From an uncultured Actinomycetota bacterium (GTDB lineage: Bacteria; Actinomycetota; Actinomycetes; Propionibacteriales; Nocardioidaceae), in contig CAVWMP010000009.1 in the NCBI GenBank assembly GCA_963756135.1, forward strand, positions 43,108-107,107: DNA of 64,000 bases, written 5' to 3'. Shown here piece by piece: positions 1 to 17,219 of the stretch. The first letter of the stretch is position 1; each line of letters opens with the position of its first letter. A program made the translations under genes and the position numbers. The notes below the pieces were generated by a model. That model worked only from the letters and a program-made list of their open reading frames with translations. It ran no database searches and was not told the origin of the DNA.

Positions 1-532
1 GGGCTTCATCAGCACGCTCGCCGAGAACGACGAGACGGTCCGGGCCTTCAACCAGTCCCTGTCCGGGGTCTCCACGATGCTGGCGGGCGAGCGCGAGGAG
101 CTGGCGGCCTCGCTGACCAACCTCGCCAGCGCGCTGGGTCAGGTCTCGACCTTCGTCAAGGACAACCGTGAGGTGCTGGGCAAGAACATCCGGGGCCTGA
201 ACCGGGTGGCCAAGGTGCTGGTCAAGCAGCGCAAGGCGCTCGACGAGACCCTCACCAACGCCCCGCTGGCGCTGAACAACCTGTACCTCACCTACAACCC
301 GGAAGCCGGCACGTTGGACACCAACGCGAACCTGGCCGAGATCGAGAACCAGATCGTCTCCGATCCCTCGGTCTTCCTCTGCGGCATCCTCAACCAGGCC
401 AACCAGAGCGGCGAGCTGTGCGAGACGGTCCAGGGCATCTCCCGGCGCACCGGGACGTTCGCCCAGGGCGCGGGCCGCGTGGACCAGCGCTCGGACCTCA
501 CCCTCGGCGGCCTCGTGGAGGTGACCCGATGA
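1..532 (+). CDS. MCE-family protein, C-terminal part (5' end off-window; MceD position)
   Basis: Frame 2..532 is open from the window edge. The peptide (...LALNNLYLTYNPEAGTLDTNANL...) resembles the C-terminal region of actinobacterial Mce proteins. Stop TGA 530-532 overlaps ATG 529 of the next mce gene (ATGA). Confidence 0.7.
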   Translation, partial: GFISTLAENDETVRAFNQSLSGVSTMLAGEREELAASLTNLASALGQVSTFVKDNREVLGKNIRGLNRVAKVLVKQRKALDETLTNAPLALNNLYLTYNPEAGTLDTNANLAEIENQIVSDPSVFLCGILNQANQSGELCETVQGISRRTGTFAQGAGRVDQRSDLTLGGLVEVTR

Positions 533-2005
533 CGCGCGGACTCCGGCTGCTCGCCGGCGTGCTGCTCAGCGCCGTGTTCCTCACCGGCTGCGACTTCGAC
601 GTCTACGAGCTGCCGCTGCCCGGCGGTGCGGACACCGGTGACGACCCGATCCAGGTGCACGTCGAGTTCGTCGACGTCCTGGACCTGGTGCCCAAGTCCA
701 CGGTCAAGGCCAACGACGTCACGGTCGGGATGGTCAAGGACATCAAGCTCGACGGGCAGATCGCCGACGTCACGCTGGAGCTGCGCAAGGACACCGAGCT
801 GCCGGCGAACGCGCTGGCCGAGATCCGCCAGACCAGCCTGCTCGGCGAGAAGTTCGTCTCGCTCAAGGCCCCGCTCACGGGTGCCAGCAGCGAGCCGCTG
901 GCCGACGGCGACCTCATCCCGCTGGAGCGGTCCGGACGCAACCCCGAGGTCGAGGAGGTGCTCGGCGCGCTCAGCCTGGTCCTCAACGGCGGTGGCGTGG
1001 CGCAGCTCAAGACCATCGCCGCCGAGCTGAACAAGGCGCTCGAGGGACGCGAGGACTCCGCGCGGTCCGTGCTCAGCCAGATCCGCATCTTCGTGCGCAC
1101 CCTGGACCAGAACAAGGTCGACATCGTCAACGCCATCGAGTCCCTGAACCGGCTCGCCCGCACCGCGAAGCGCCAGCAGCCCACCATCAACGCGGCGCTC
1201 GAGGAGCTGCCCAGCGCGTTGGTGAGCATCGACAAGCAGCGTCAGGACCTGGTCAAGATGCTCCAGGCCCTCAACGATCTCGGCGACGTCGGGGTCCGCG
1301 TGATCGAGGCGTCCAAGGACTCCACCATCGAGACCTTCCGGCTGCTTCAGCCGACGCTGACCGAGCTGGCGAACTCCGGTGACGCCTTCGTCGACGCCTT
1401 CAACGTCTTCCTCACCTACCCGTTCGTGGACGAGGTCGTCGGGCGGGACCCCCAGGTGGCCCGCAACCTGCACATGGGCGACTACACCAACCTCTCCGTC
1501 GAGCTCGACCTCGACTTCAGCGACCAGGGCGGCCCGGACGTCCCCGGCATCCCGGAGGTGGCCTGCATCCCGTTCAAGGACCTGGCCGACATCCTCGACC
1601 TGCCGCCGCTGGAGGAGCTGTGTGACAACGCCCGCAAGCGCGTCACCGCCTGCCTCAACGACCTCAAGGACGGCGACGTCGACATCAAGGAGTGCGAGCG
1701 CCTCATCAACGGCGCCGTCGAGGACGTCATCGACACGCTGTGCGCGACCCCGATCCCCGGCTTGCCCGCCGATCTCTGCGACGGTGACGGCGGTGGCGGT
1801 GGTCGGCGGCGGCGACAGCCCCCTCCCGCCCCTCCCGCCGGTGCCCGGGGGGATCGGTGGTGGGATCGGCAACGGCCTCGGCGGTCTGGGCCGCGCGGCC
1901 ACCGGTACATCCGGTGCCGGAACCGGCGTCACGATGGGTGAGCTGATGTCCCGCTTCGACCCGGCCCTGGCCAGTCTCCTCGTCCCCGGGATGGTGCTGC
2001 GATGA
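529..2005 (+). CDS. MCE-family lipoprotein (MceE/LprN-like); frame broken once near 1785-1815
   Basis: The N-terminus MTRGLRLLAGVLLSAVFLTGC has a lipobox (LTGC). Frame 529 reads well to ...LCDGDGGGGG and then turns into Arg/Pro nonsense. The +1 frame (ORF 1379..2005) supplies a Gly-rich tail ending ...DPALASLLVPGMVLR, and its stop overlaps ATG 2002. One extra base in the G-rich run is inferred. Confidence 0.7.
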
Positions 2006-3312
2006 TCACCCGTCGTACCAAGGTCCAGCTGGTGATCTTCGTGATCATCACGCTGGTCGGTGTCAGCTTCGTGGGCGCCCGCTACGCCCGGTTGGACCGG
2101 TTGTTCTTCGACGACCGCTACACCGTCGTCGCGCACTTCTCCGAGTCCGGCGGCATCTTCGCCGGCGGTGAGGTCTCCTACCGCGGGGTCGGCGTCGGCC
2201 AGGTCGAGAAGATGGTGCTCACCGACGACGGCGTCGACGTGCACCTCGGCATCGACAAGTCCTACGACTCCATCCCCGCCGACGCCCTCGCGGTGGTGGG
2301 CAACCGGTCCGCGGTCGGTGAGCAGTACGTCGAGCTCCAGCCGCAGGTCAACAACGAGCCGTACCTGGAGGACTCCTCGGAGATCCCCACCGAGGACACC
2401 CGCACCCCGATCGCCACCGAGACCCTGCTGGCCAACCTCTCCACGACCGCCGCCTCGGTGGACCAGGAGTCGTTGCGCACCACCGTCTCCGAGCTCGGCG
2501 ACGCCTTCGGCGGCACCGGTGAGGACCTGCAGCGGATCATCGACACCGGGAACTCGTTCCTTCAGGAGGCGGACGCCAACTTCGACGTCACCACCGCGCT
2601 GATCCGGGACAGCAACACGGTGCTGACCACCCAGCTGGACTCGGAGAGCGCCCTGCGCACCTTCGCCCGCGACATGTCGCTGTTCAGCACCGCCCTGGCC
2701 GACGCCGATCCCTCGCTGCGCAAGCTGATCAACACCGGTGGCATCGCCGCCACCCGGCTGCGGACCCTGATCGAGGAGAACCGGGTCGAGCTCGGCGAGC
2801 TGATCAACAACGCGGTCACCACCGGCGAGATCGTGGTCCGCAACATCCCCGGCATCCGCCAGGTGCTGGTGATCTACCCCTACGTCGTGGAGGGCGGCTT
2901 CACCGTCGTGTCGAAGTCCCCGGAGACCGGGCTGTACGACGCCCACTTCGGCATGATCATGACCGACAACAAGGTCTGTCACGACGGCTACCAGTCCACC
3001 GACACCCGGCCGCCGCAGAACGGCGACAACCGTCCGATGAACACCGACGCGCGCTGTACCGAACCGCCGACGGTGAGCAACGCCCGCGGCGCCCAGAACG
3101 CGCCGGGACGTCGCGCCGGGGTGGCCTACCGCGCCCCGTTCGCGGACTCCTCGGCCCCGGTGGCGTCCTACGACCCGGAGACCGGCAAGCTGACCTGGGG
3201 AGCCGATGTGGCCCCCGAGCTGGCCCCGACCGGTAGCGTGGCTCCCCGTACCTTGGGGAAGGAGTCGTGGAAGTGGTTGTTCCTCCAGCCCCTGACCAAC
3301 GCGCAGGACTGA
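2002..3312 (+). CDS. MCE-family protein (MceF position)
   Basis: ATGA overlap with the upstream stop. N-terminal TM helix (VQLVIFVIITLVGVSFVG) followed by an Mce domain (RYTVVAHFSESGGIFAGGEVSYRGVGVGQVEKMVL). Intact 436-aa ORF. Confidence 0.8.
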   Translation: MITRRTKVQLVIFVIITLVGVSFVGARYARLDRLFFDDRYTVVAHFSESGGIFAGGEVSYRGVGVGQVEKMVLTDDGVDVHLGIDKSYDSIPADALAVVGNRSAVGEQYVELQPQVNNEPYLEDSSEIPTEDTRTPIATETLLANLSTTAASVDQESLRTTVSELGDAFGGTGEDLQRIIDTGNSFLQEADANFDVTTALIRDSNTVLTTQLDSESALRTFARDMSLFSTALADADPSLRKLINTGGIAATRLRTLIEENRVELGELINNAVTTGEIVVRNIPGIRQVLVIYPYVVEGGFTVVSKSPETGLYDAHFGMIMTDNKVCHDGYQSTDTRPPQNGDNRPMNTDARCTEPPTVSNARGAQNAPGRRAGVAYRAPFADSSAPVASYDPETGKLTWGADVAPELAPTGSVAPRTLGKESWKWLFLQPLTNAQD

Positions 3313-3887
3313 CGAACGACGCTGCTTCCACCCACCCTCGGGCGCTGAACTTCCGGGTGGTGCTGCTCGGCGTGCTGGTCCTGGCCGTGCTGGCCTCGGC
3401 CGGGACGCTGGTCTGGCTGCTCGCCGACCGGCGCGGTGAGGCCGTCGAGGAGCAGGCCCAGCGCGAGCAGGTGATGTCGCAGGCCCGCCAGTTCGTGCTG
3501 CGGGTCAACACCTACGGGCCCGACCTGCTCGAGGGCGAGGAGATGCCGGAGTACCGCGAGCAGGTGACCGAGGTGATCACACCCAAGTTCTCGGAGTCCT
3601 TCAGCCAGGGCGTCACCGCGGCCGAGCAGACGGTGGCGCAGGCCGGTCTCGGCCGGACCGCCGAGGTCTTCGGGGCCGGTGTCGCCAGCCTGGACGCCGA
3701 CTCGGCGACCGCGCTGGTCGCCGGCTCGTTCGTGAACTCCTACCCGCGGACCAACGCCCAGGGCAAGGTCACCGACCAGCGCATCGACGACGAGCCGGTG
3801 CCGCTGCGGCTCAGCCTGAGCCTGCGCAAGATCGACGGGGAGTGGCTCGTCGACGACTTCGAGCCGGTCACGGGGGAGGGCGGATGA
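3267..3887 (+). CDS. Mce-associated membrane protein
   Basis: Intact ORF with one N-terminal TM helix (FRVVLLGVLVLAVLASAGTLVWLL) and a soluble C-terminal domain, the layout of proteins that trail actinobacterial mce operons. Start is GTG 3267 or GTG 3273 (after GGGGAAGGAG); exact start uncertain. Confidence 0.6.
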   Translation: MEVVVPPAPDQRAGLTNDAASTHPRALNFRVVLLGVLVLAVLASAGTLVWLLADRRGEAVEEQAQREQVMSQARQFVLRVNTYGPDLLEGEEMPEYREQVTEVITPKFSESFSQGVTAAEQTVAQAGLGRTAEVFGAGVASLDADSATALVAGSFVNSYPRTNAQGKVTDQRIDDEPVPLRLSLSLRKIDGEWLVDDFEPVTGEGG

Positions 3888-4748
3888 GCGACCCGGTGCT
3901 GAGCTGGTACGACGTCCTCGACGTCGACCCGAGCGCGTCCCCCGAGGAGGTCCGTCTGGCCTGGCGGGACGCCGTGTCCGAGCTGGGGCCGACCGACCGC
4001 CGGTTCCGGGTGCTCAACCAGGCCGCCGAGGTGCTGCTCGACCCCCAGCGACGGGCCGTCCACGACGCGGAGCTGGCCGCGGCGGAGCACGCCGAGGCGG
4101 CCGCGGACGAGACCCCGGTCCTCGCCGCCGAGCCGGTGGACTGCGCCGACCCCGCCCCGAGATGTCGGGCCGGTGGACGCCCCCGCGGTGCCGGTCGAGC
4201 CGGCGAAGGCCGAGCCGGTCGCCCCGCCGGTCACTGATGTGAGCGGGGGGCCGCGCCGGCGTACCGTCCCCGCCTGGCTGCTGGCCGGGCTGGCGGTGCT
4301 CACGGCGGTGCTGGTGGGACTGTGCGCCTGGCAGTGGAGCTCGCCCGCGGACACCGAGGTCCGCGACGCCACGGTGGCGGCGCAGGGCGCGGCGGAGCGG
4401 GCCATCGTGCCGGTGCTCTCCTACGACTACCGCACCCTGGAGGAGGACCAGGCCACGGCGCAGTCCTACCTCACCGACTCCTACCGCAAGGACTACGACG
4501 AGCTGTTCGAGTTCCTCCGGGAGAACAGCCCCAACACCGAGACGGTGGTCGAGGCCGAGGTGCTCGCCTCCGGGGTCGTCCGCTCCGGCGTGGACCGGGT
4601 CCAGGTGCTGCTGTTCGTGAACCGCCCGACCACGAACAAGCAGTCCGAGGAGCCGGTCATCTACAAGGACCAGGTGACGGTGACGATGGTGCAGCGCGAC
4701 GGCGACTGGCTCGTCGACGACCTGGAGACGACCCCGCTCCAGAACTAG
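3884..4748 (+). CDS. DnaJ-like (no HPD) N-terminus + Pro/Ala linker + TM + Mce-associated membrane domain; needs one-base correction near 4150-4175
   Basis: ATG 3884 overlaps the upstream stop (ATGA). The N-terminus SWYDVLDVDPSASPEEVRLAWRDAV...LLDPQRRAVHD is J-domain-like but has PTD in place of HPD. ORF 3884..4237 degenerates after ...AAEPVDCADPAP. The +1 frame (ORF 4173..4748) continues with a Pro/Ala linker, a TM helix (WLLAGLAVLTAVLVGLCAW) and a domain like that of feature 3267..3887. The alternative is two overlapping genes. Confidence 0.5.
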
Positions 4749-4841
4749 GCTCCGACGACTCGTTCCGCCGGGGTACTTGACCAGAGCGCCTGCGCGCCGC
4801 ATGATCTTCCGCAACGCTCGTCGGACCGGCGCACGCAGATG

Positions 4842-4870
4842 TTGAGTCGCGCCCTCTGATCGGCTAGGGT
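4842..4870 (+). promoter_or_regulatory. Candidate housekeeping-sigma promoter for rpoBC (-35 TTGAGT, 17-nt spacer, -10 TAGGGT)
   Basis: TTGAGT at 4842-4847 and TAGGGT (TAnnnT type) at 4865-4870, about 100 nt upstream of the rpoB start. Found by pattern match only. Confidence 0.3.
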
Positions 4871-4969
4871 GGCGCATTGCGCCTGCCCTCATATGCGAAT
4901 CTCCTGCCCGGTGGCTGGATTTGTGGTGGGTCGGCGCCTCCGAAGAGCGAACTCTCGAAGGACCCCCTC

Positions 4970-8435
<3,466 letters not shown>

Positions 8436-8532
8436 CCGGGAAACGCGCGGAGCGCCTGTTTCCCGGAACCGAGAAGCAGTCGCGCTCCGCGCGTCCACCC
8501 CAGTCGGTCCACAGCTTTGATTCACGAACTAA

Positions 8533-12433
<3,901 letters not shown>

Positions 12434-12452
12434 CGTCACCACCGACGTCTGT

Positions 12453-12500
12453 CGGACCCCCGTCACCCCTCTGGGGGTGGCGGGGGTCCGGCCTTTCTGG
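12453..12500 (+). terminator. Intrinsic terminator after rpoC
   Basis: A 17-bp GC-rich stem (12453-12469 pairs with 12474-12490, one G-U pair, loop TCTG) starts 20 nt after the rpoC stop and is followed by GCCTTTCT. Confidence 0.6.
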
Positions 12501-12562
12501 GCGGTTCCGGAGAGTCGCGAGAACCGCTTGAAGACCGTGGTTCGCGTCATAGGGTGGTGCGC

Positions 12563-12820
12563 ATGAGCGAGGAGACGACCGCCCAGGAGACCGACGAGCA
12601 CGCCACCGGCGACCAGCCGACCGGCGACCCCGACGGCCTCAGTCCCGAGGAGGTCGAGGAAGTCCGCCAGGAACGCCTCGACCCCGAGAACCGCCCCGAG
12701 AACGTGGAGATCGACAACACCCCGCGCGAGTTCGACGCCCAGAAGGGGCTCTTCACCGACTCCGAGGGGTACGACGACGCCCCTGTCCGCTTCCCGCCTG
12801 TCTCCGAGCAGGGCACGTAA
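12563..12820 (+). CDS. Small acidic hypothetical protein
   Basis: ORF 12554..12820, likely start MSEETTAQ at 12563. Asp/Glu-rich, no motif recognised. Confidence 0.45.
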   Translation: MSEETTAQETDEHATGDQPTGDPDGLSPEEVEEVRQERLDPENRPENVEIDNTPREFDAQKGLFTDSEGYDDAPVRFPPVSEQGT

Positions 12821-12908
12821 CCCCGGACGGCGAGCCACCGGAGACACCCCGCCCTGGCACCGGTGGCCCCGGGCTGTGAGCACGACCCCGGGTCCGCCGG
12901 CCGGGCGG

Positions 12909-14195
12909 TCATGATCGTCGTCGCTTGCGGAAGCGGAAGTCTCCGTCGGGGAGCCGCTCGGTCGTGTAGTCGGGGTCGTGGGCGCGGTGGTGGTGCCAGG
13001 GGCACAGCAGAGCGCCGTCCTCGATGTCGGTGTCTCCGCCGTCGGCCCAGGACGTGCCGGCGTGGTGCGCCTCGCACCAGTCGCCGGGGATCGTGCAGCC
13101 CTCGGCGCGGCACTCCTGGTCGCGGATCATCAGGGCCAGGCGCTGGGCGTCGGAGAAGTCCCGTCGGCTGCGACCGAGGTGAAGCACCTCGCGTCGGCCG
13201 TTGAGGACGGCCGGGACGATCCCGGCGGTGCAGGCCAGCCGGAGCGCCTCGGTCGCCGAGATCCGCTGGCCGTTCATCAGGCCGGCGGCGCCGACCTGCT
13301 GCCGGAGGCGCTCCAGGTCGATGGTGACCACCACGGTGGTGGGGGAGCCGCCGTGCCGGGGAAGCCTGTCGCTCGGGATCGCCTCGAGCATCGAGCAGAA
13401 CGCCCGGCCCAGCAGCACCGGGTAGCCGATCCGTTCGCCGGAGGCGGGGTCGGTGTGCTGGGCGGCCGGGTCGAGATGGCCGCGGCGCGGAGCGGCGTAC
13501 GCCTCGAGGTAGGTGCGGAGCCGGTGGGCTGCGGCGTCGGCGAGCCGGATCGAGACGTCGGTGGTGCCGTCGCCGCGGGACCGCATCGTGAGCCGGGTGG
13601 TCTCGCGGGCGTGGCGTTCCTCGGCCTCGAGCTGGCGGCGTTCCTCGTCCTCGGCGATCTCGGGGGCGACGATCTCGAGGATGCGACGACCCAGGACCCG
13701 CAGCCCGGGCGGGTCGATGAACGCGGCCTGCTCCACCAGGTGCAGCTCGGCCTTCTCCCGGGTCTCGGCGTCGAGGTGGCCGGGGAGCCTGTCCAACGCC
13801 GCCACGATCGCTGCTGCCTGGTCCACGCTCACGTCGCCGGCGAGCACCCCGGCCTGGAGGTGGCGGTAGCGGGAGTCGAGGGCCTCGGCGAGCCGGCCCT
13901 CGGCCGCTGCCACCGGGTAGGGCGTGCGGGTGTGGTGGCCCAGCCAGGCGGCGGCGGACCTGGCCCCGGTCTCCTCGGCCACGTCGCCGGCGGTGGCCAG
14001 GACCCGCATCAGCAGGCCCCGGGTGCGGTGCACGCTGGTCGAGAGCGCCCGCAGCACCGCCGACTTGTCGGCGGTGGACAGGTACATCGGGTCGACCTCG
14101 GCGGCCTGGTCGAGCAGTGCGGTCATCTGGCGGGCGCAGGCCACCAGTGGGTTCTCCCCGGCCCCGGGCGGGCCCTGCTCGATCTCTGTCGCCAT
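12909..14195 (-). CDS. DUF222-type HNH endonuclease family protein (13E12-repeat-like)
   Basis: Intact 428-aa ORF. The C-terminal HNH region reads ...CRAEGCTIPGDWCEAHHAGTSWADGGDTDIEDGALLCPWHHHRAHD. The N-terminal DUF222-like helical region is typical of this multicopy actinobacterial family. Confidence 0.85.
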   Translation of the reverse strand: MATEIEQGPPGAGENPLVACARQMTALLDQAAEVDPMYLSTADKSAVLRALSTSVHRTRGLLMRVLATAGDVAEETGARSAAAWLGHHTRTPYPVAAAEGRLAEALDSRYRHLQAGVLAGDVSVDQAAAIVAALDRLPGHLDAETREKAELHLVEQAAFIDPPGLRVLGRRILEIVAPEIAEDEERRQLEAEERHARETTRLTMRSRGDGTTDVSIRLADAAAHRLRTYLEAYAAPRRGHLDPAAQHTDPASGERIGYPVLLGRAFCSMLEAIPSDRLPRHGGSPTTVVVTIDLERLRQQVGAAGLMNGQRISATEALRLACTAGIVPAVLNGRREVLHLGRSRRDFSDAQRLALMIRDQECRAEGCTIPGDWCEAHHAGTSWADGGDTDIEDGALLCPWHHHRAHDPDYTTERLPDGDFRFRKRRRS

Positions 14196-14343
14196 GTGAG
14201 AAGACTAGAGTCGACCACCGACACTTCTCGAGAAACCGTTCGACCCTGTGCACAACGCGGGGCCGCTCTCGCCTGTGGACCGAAAGCGGGCCGAAGCCCC
14301 CGTAGCCTGCAACGCTGGAGCTACCTCGGACGACAGGAGGGGT

Positions 14344-14814
14344 GTGACGCAGTCGGAGAAGGCGACGCCCGCTTCGGGCATCGAGGAGGCGTACCGCGAC
14401 CACCGAGTCGCGCTGCTCCGTCTCGCCTACCTGATGTGCGGCTCGCACCAGGTCAGTGAGGATGTCGTGCAGACGGTCTTCACCGACGCGCACGACCGGT
14501 GGGACACCATCGACGACCCGCTGCCGTACCTCAAGCGAGCTGTGGTGAACCGGGTCAAGGACGGTCAGCGGCGCCGCTTCCGGCTGGCCGGACGCGCGCC
14601 GATCGAGCCTCCGCCCGCGGTGCTCCCGCCCGAGGTCGACGAGACCTGGGCGCTGATCCAGCGGCTGCCGTGGACCCAGCGGGCGGTCGTCGTCCTGCAC
14701 TACTACGAGGATCTCGCCCTCACCGACGTGGCTGCCCTGCTCGAGCGCGCATCCTCCACCGTCAGGTCCGATCACCGCCGCGCTCTCGAGAAGCTCCGGA
14801 AGGCACTGTCATGA
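14344..14814 (+). CDS. ECF-type RNA polymerase sigma factor
   Basis: GTG 14344 lies just after AGGAGGGG. Region 2 (YRDHRVALLRLAYLMCGSHQVSEDVVQTVF) and region 4 HTH (LPWTQRAVVVLHYYEDLALTDVAALLERASSTVRSDHRRALEKLR) are present. Confidence 0.8.
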   Translation: MTQSEKATPASGIEEAYRDHRVALLRLAYLMCGSHQVSEDVVQTVFTDAHDRWDTIDDPLPYLKRAVVNRVKDGQRRRFRLAGRAPIEPPPAVLPPEVDETWALIQRLPWTQRAVVVLHYYEDLALTDVAALLERASSTVRSDHRRALEKLRKALS

Positions 14815-15539
14815 CCACGAGCACGGACCAGTTCGAGCAGCGGCTCCGCCGCACCCTGTCGACGGTGGCCGCGACCATCACCGACGCCCCCACCCTGAGC
14901 CCGGCCCCGGCCCCGAGCCCGACCGCAGAAGAATCCCTCCAGCCGCACCGAGGACCCAGGGGACGCCGGCGGCGGCGGATCGGCCTGGGCGTCGTCGCAG
15001 TCGCGATCCCGGCCGCGCTCGTCGCCGCGGCGGTGCTGCGGCAGGGGCCGGAGTACGTCGACACGATCCCGCCGGAGACGATCGTCGTCGCTGGCAGCAT
15101 CGACGGCAGCCGGTACCTGCTGGTCGAGTCGCGGCGTAGCAGCACGTGCGGCCCGGTCGGCGGTGTCGAGCTGGTGGAGGAGCGGGAGAACCTCCTCGGC
15201 AGCGAGTGGAACACCGTCGGATCGGGGTGGGGCGAGCCGAACGGCTGCGGCGTCCCCGTCCCCACCGAGCGTTGGCTCGCCGATCCGTCGCGGTACGACG
15301 ACGGCGGCACCCGGGTCGGCGACTCGTTCGTCTGGCTGTGGGCGGTGCACCCCGATGTGACGGCGGTGCGGATCACCGCAGGGGAGTACGTCGAGGAGCT
15401 CGAGGTGTACGCCGTGGACGGCGCCGGTTACGCGCTGTTCGAGGTGCCCAGGCGGCTGGAGGAGTACACCGCGGAGCTTCTCATCGACGGCGAGGTCGTG
15501 CCCGGGACGACCGAGCAGCACACCGTCCCCGAGCCGTAG
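14811..15539 (+). CDS. Single-pass membrane protein coupled to the ECF sigma (candidate anti-sigma/partner)
   Basis: ATG 14811 overlaps the sigma stop (ATGA). Short cytoplasmic N-terminus, an RRRRR anchor plus TM (IGLGVVAVAIPAALVAAAVL), and an extracytoplasmic C-terminal domain. No anti-sigma motif recognised. Confidence 0.5.
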   Translation: MTTSTDQFEQRLRRTLSTVAATITDAPTLSPAPAPSPTAEESLQPHRGPRGRRRRRIGLGVVAVAIPAALVAAAVLRQGPEYVDTIPPETIVVAGSIDGSRYLLVESRRSSTCGPVGGVELVEERENLLGSEWNTVGSGWGEPNGCGVPVPTERWLADPSRYDDGGTRVGDSFVWLWAVHPDVTAVRITAGEYVEELEVYAVDGAGYALFEVPRRLEEYTAELLIDGEVVPGTTEQHTVPEP

Positions 15540-15557
15540 TGCGGGTGGCTGCGCCGG

Positions 15558-16469
15558 CTAGAAGATGGACCACTCGGTCCGGGTGGTGAACAGGTCGAGG
15601 GCAGCCAGTCCGGCCGCGGAGTTGCCGGACGCGCTCAGCCCCGGGCTCCACACGCAGATGGTGCACACGTTGGGGACGACGGCGAGGATCCCGCCGCCGA
15701 CCCCGCTCTTGCCGGGCAGCCCGACGCGGTAGGCGAACTCCCCGGCCGCGTCGTAGGTGCCACAGGTGAGCATCACCGCGTTGATCCGCTTGGTCTGGCG
15801 GGAGGAGAGGATCCGACTGCCGTCGGACAGCACGCCGTGCCGGGCCAGCAGCCCGGCGGCGAGCGCCACCTCGCGGCAGCTCATCGAGAGCGAGCACTGC
15901 CAGAAGTACTGGTCGAGCACGTCCTCGACCGAGCACTCCAGGTTGTCGTGACTGGCGAGCAGGTGCGCCATCGCGGCGATCCGATGGCCGCGTTCCGCCT
16001 CGGACCGGGCGATCCGGGGGTCGCCGTCGACCGTCGGGTTGCCGCTCTCGCGGCGTACGAAGTCGCGCAGGGTGGCGGTGGCGTCGCCGGTGACCCGGTG
16101 CAACCGGTCGGTGACGACCAGGGCGCCGGAGTTGATGAAGGGGTTGCGCGGGCGGCCCTGCTCCTGGTCGAGGTGCAGCAAGGAGTTGAACGGGTTGCCC
16201 GAGGGCTCACGAGAGACCCGGCGCCAGACCTCGTCACCGTCCCGCGCCATCACCAGGGCCAGGCTGAAGACCTTCGAGATGCTCTGCACCGAGAACGGGG
16301 TGTCACAGTCACCGACGGCGTGGATGCTCCCGTCGTTCATCGCCACGACCATCCCGAACTGGTGGGGGTCGACCGAGGCGAGCCCGGGGATGTAGTCGGC
16401 GACCTGACCCGAGCCGACGTACGGCGCCACGTCCGCGTGGATGTCCGCGAGCACGGTGTCGAGGTCCAT
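15558..16469 (-). CDS. glsA: Glutaminase A
   Basis: Starting at M71 of ORF 15558..16679 (MDLDTVLADIHADV...). Contains SVQSISKVFSLAL (Ser-x-x-Lys), NPFINSGAL and LPGKSGVGGGILAV, the glutaminase family signatures. Confidence 0.9.
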   Translation of the reverse strand: MDLDTVLADIHADVAPYVGSGQVADYIPGLASVDPHQFGMVVAMNDGSIHAVGDCDTPFSVQSISKVFSLALVMARDGDEVWRRVSREPSGNPFNSLLHLDQEQGRPRNPFINSGALVVTDRLHRVTGDATATLRDFVRRESGNPTVDGDPRIARSEAERGHRIAAMAHLLASHDNLECSVEDVLDQYFWQCSLSMSCREVALAAGLLARHGVLSDGSRILSSRQTKRINAVMLTCGTYDAAGEFAYRVGLPGKSGVGGGILAVVPNVCTICVWSPGLSASGNSAAGLAALDLFTTRTEWSIF

Positions 16470-16582
16470 GGCGGTGATTGTGCCCGGCTGACCTGATCCA
16501 CGGATCGACCGGCCTCGTCGCGCGAGGAGCCAGACACGCCCCTGATCGCAGCCGGAACCGCGGGGACGACGAGCGGCACGGC

Positions 16583-17219
16583 CTACGTCGAGAGGCGTCG
16601 CTGCCCCGGTCGGCGTCGCCAGGGATCGCCCGCTCCCCACACGAGCGCGGCCGCGCCGAGCGCGCCGACGACGGTCCACGAGGCAGTCGTGTCGTTCCAG
16701 CGCTCGGAGACGTCGTAGACCGCCAGATCACCGGGCAGGGGCAGGATCAGCAGACCGAGCACGACCACCACCGCCGACGACGCCACGAGAGAGCCCGGCT
16801 CTCCGGCCAGGGCTCGCCCGGACGCCGCCGCAGGTCCCGCGACGGCGAGCACCAGCGCCGCGCCGACCAGGACCAGCGCGAGCCAGGAGACCGCCGCCCC
16901 CGTCGGTGCGCTCGCCGCAGCCACCCTCGCGACGTACCCGCTCCACGCCGCCAGGGCTCCGACGGCGACCAGCAACCGCGCCGCCGTGCGCCACCACTGC
17001 CGAGTCGGCAGCGCGCGGGTGAGCGTGGCGGCGGGGTCGTCGAGGGCCACGGCCACCGCCCCCGCGAGCAGGCTGGCGACCAGCCACAGCAGCTCCGAGC
17101 CGGGACCGCCCGGCCAGATCGTCAGGTCGAGCGCCGCGAGCCCGGCGGCCGCGGCCAAGCCGCCGACCACCGGGCTCCAGTGCACCGCGCGCAGCTCGGC
17201 GAGGAGGGTCGAGGTCACC
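16583..17219 (-). CDS. Polytopic membrane protein, last gene of the sigma/anti-sigma/ABC unit
   Basis: GTG 17219 overlaps the upstream stop (GTGA). About 212 aa with several hydrophobic helices (LVASLLAGAVAVAL, WLALVLVGAALVLAVAG, VVVVLGLLILPLPG). Confidence 0.55.

Noticed and set aside
1-4748. An mce operon directly upstream of rpoB as an anomalous insertion.
   Set aside because: Mce-related genes (e.g. the mkl/mceG ATPase in mycobacteria) are known to lie in the rplJL-rpoBC neighbourhood of actinobacteria, so this placement is not clearly unusual.
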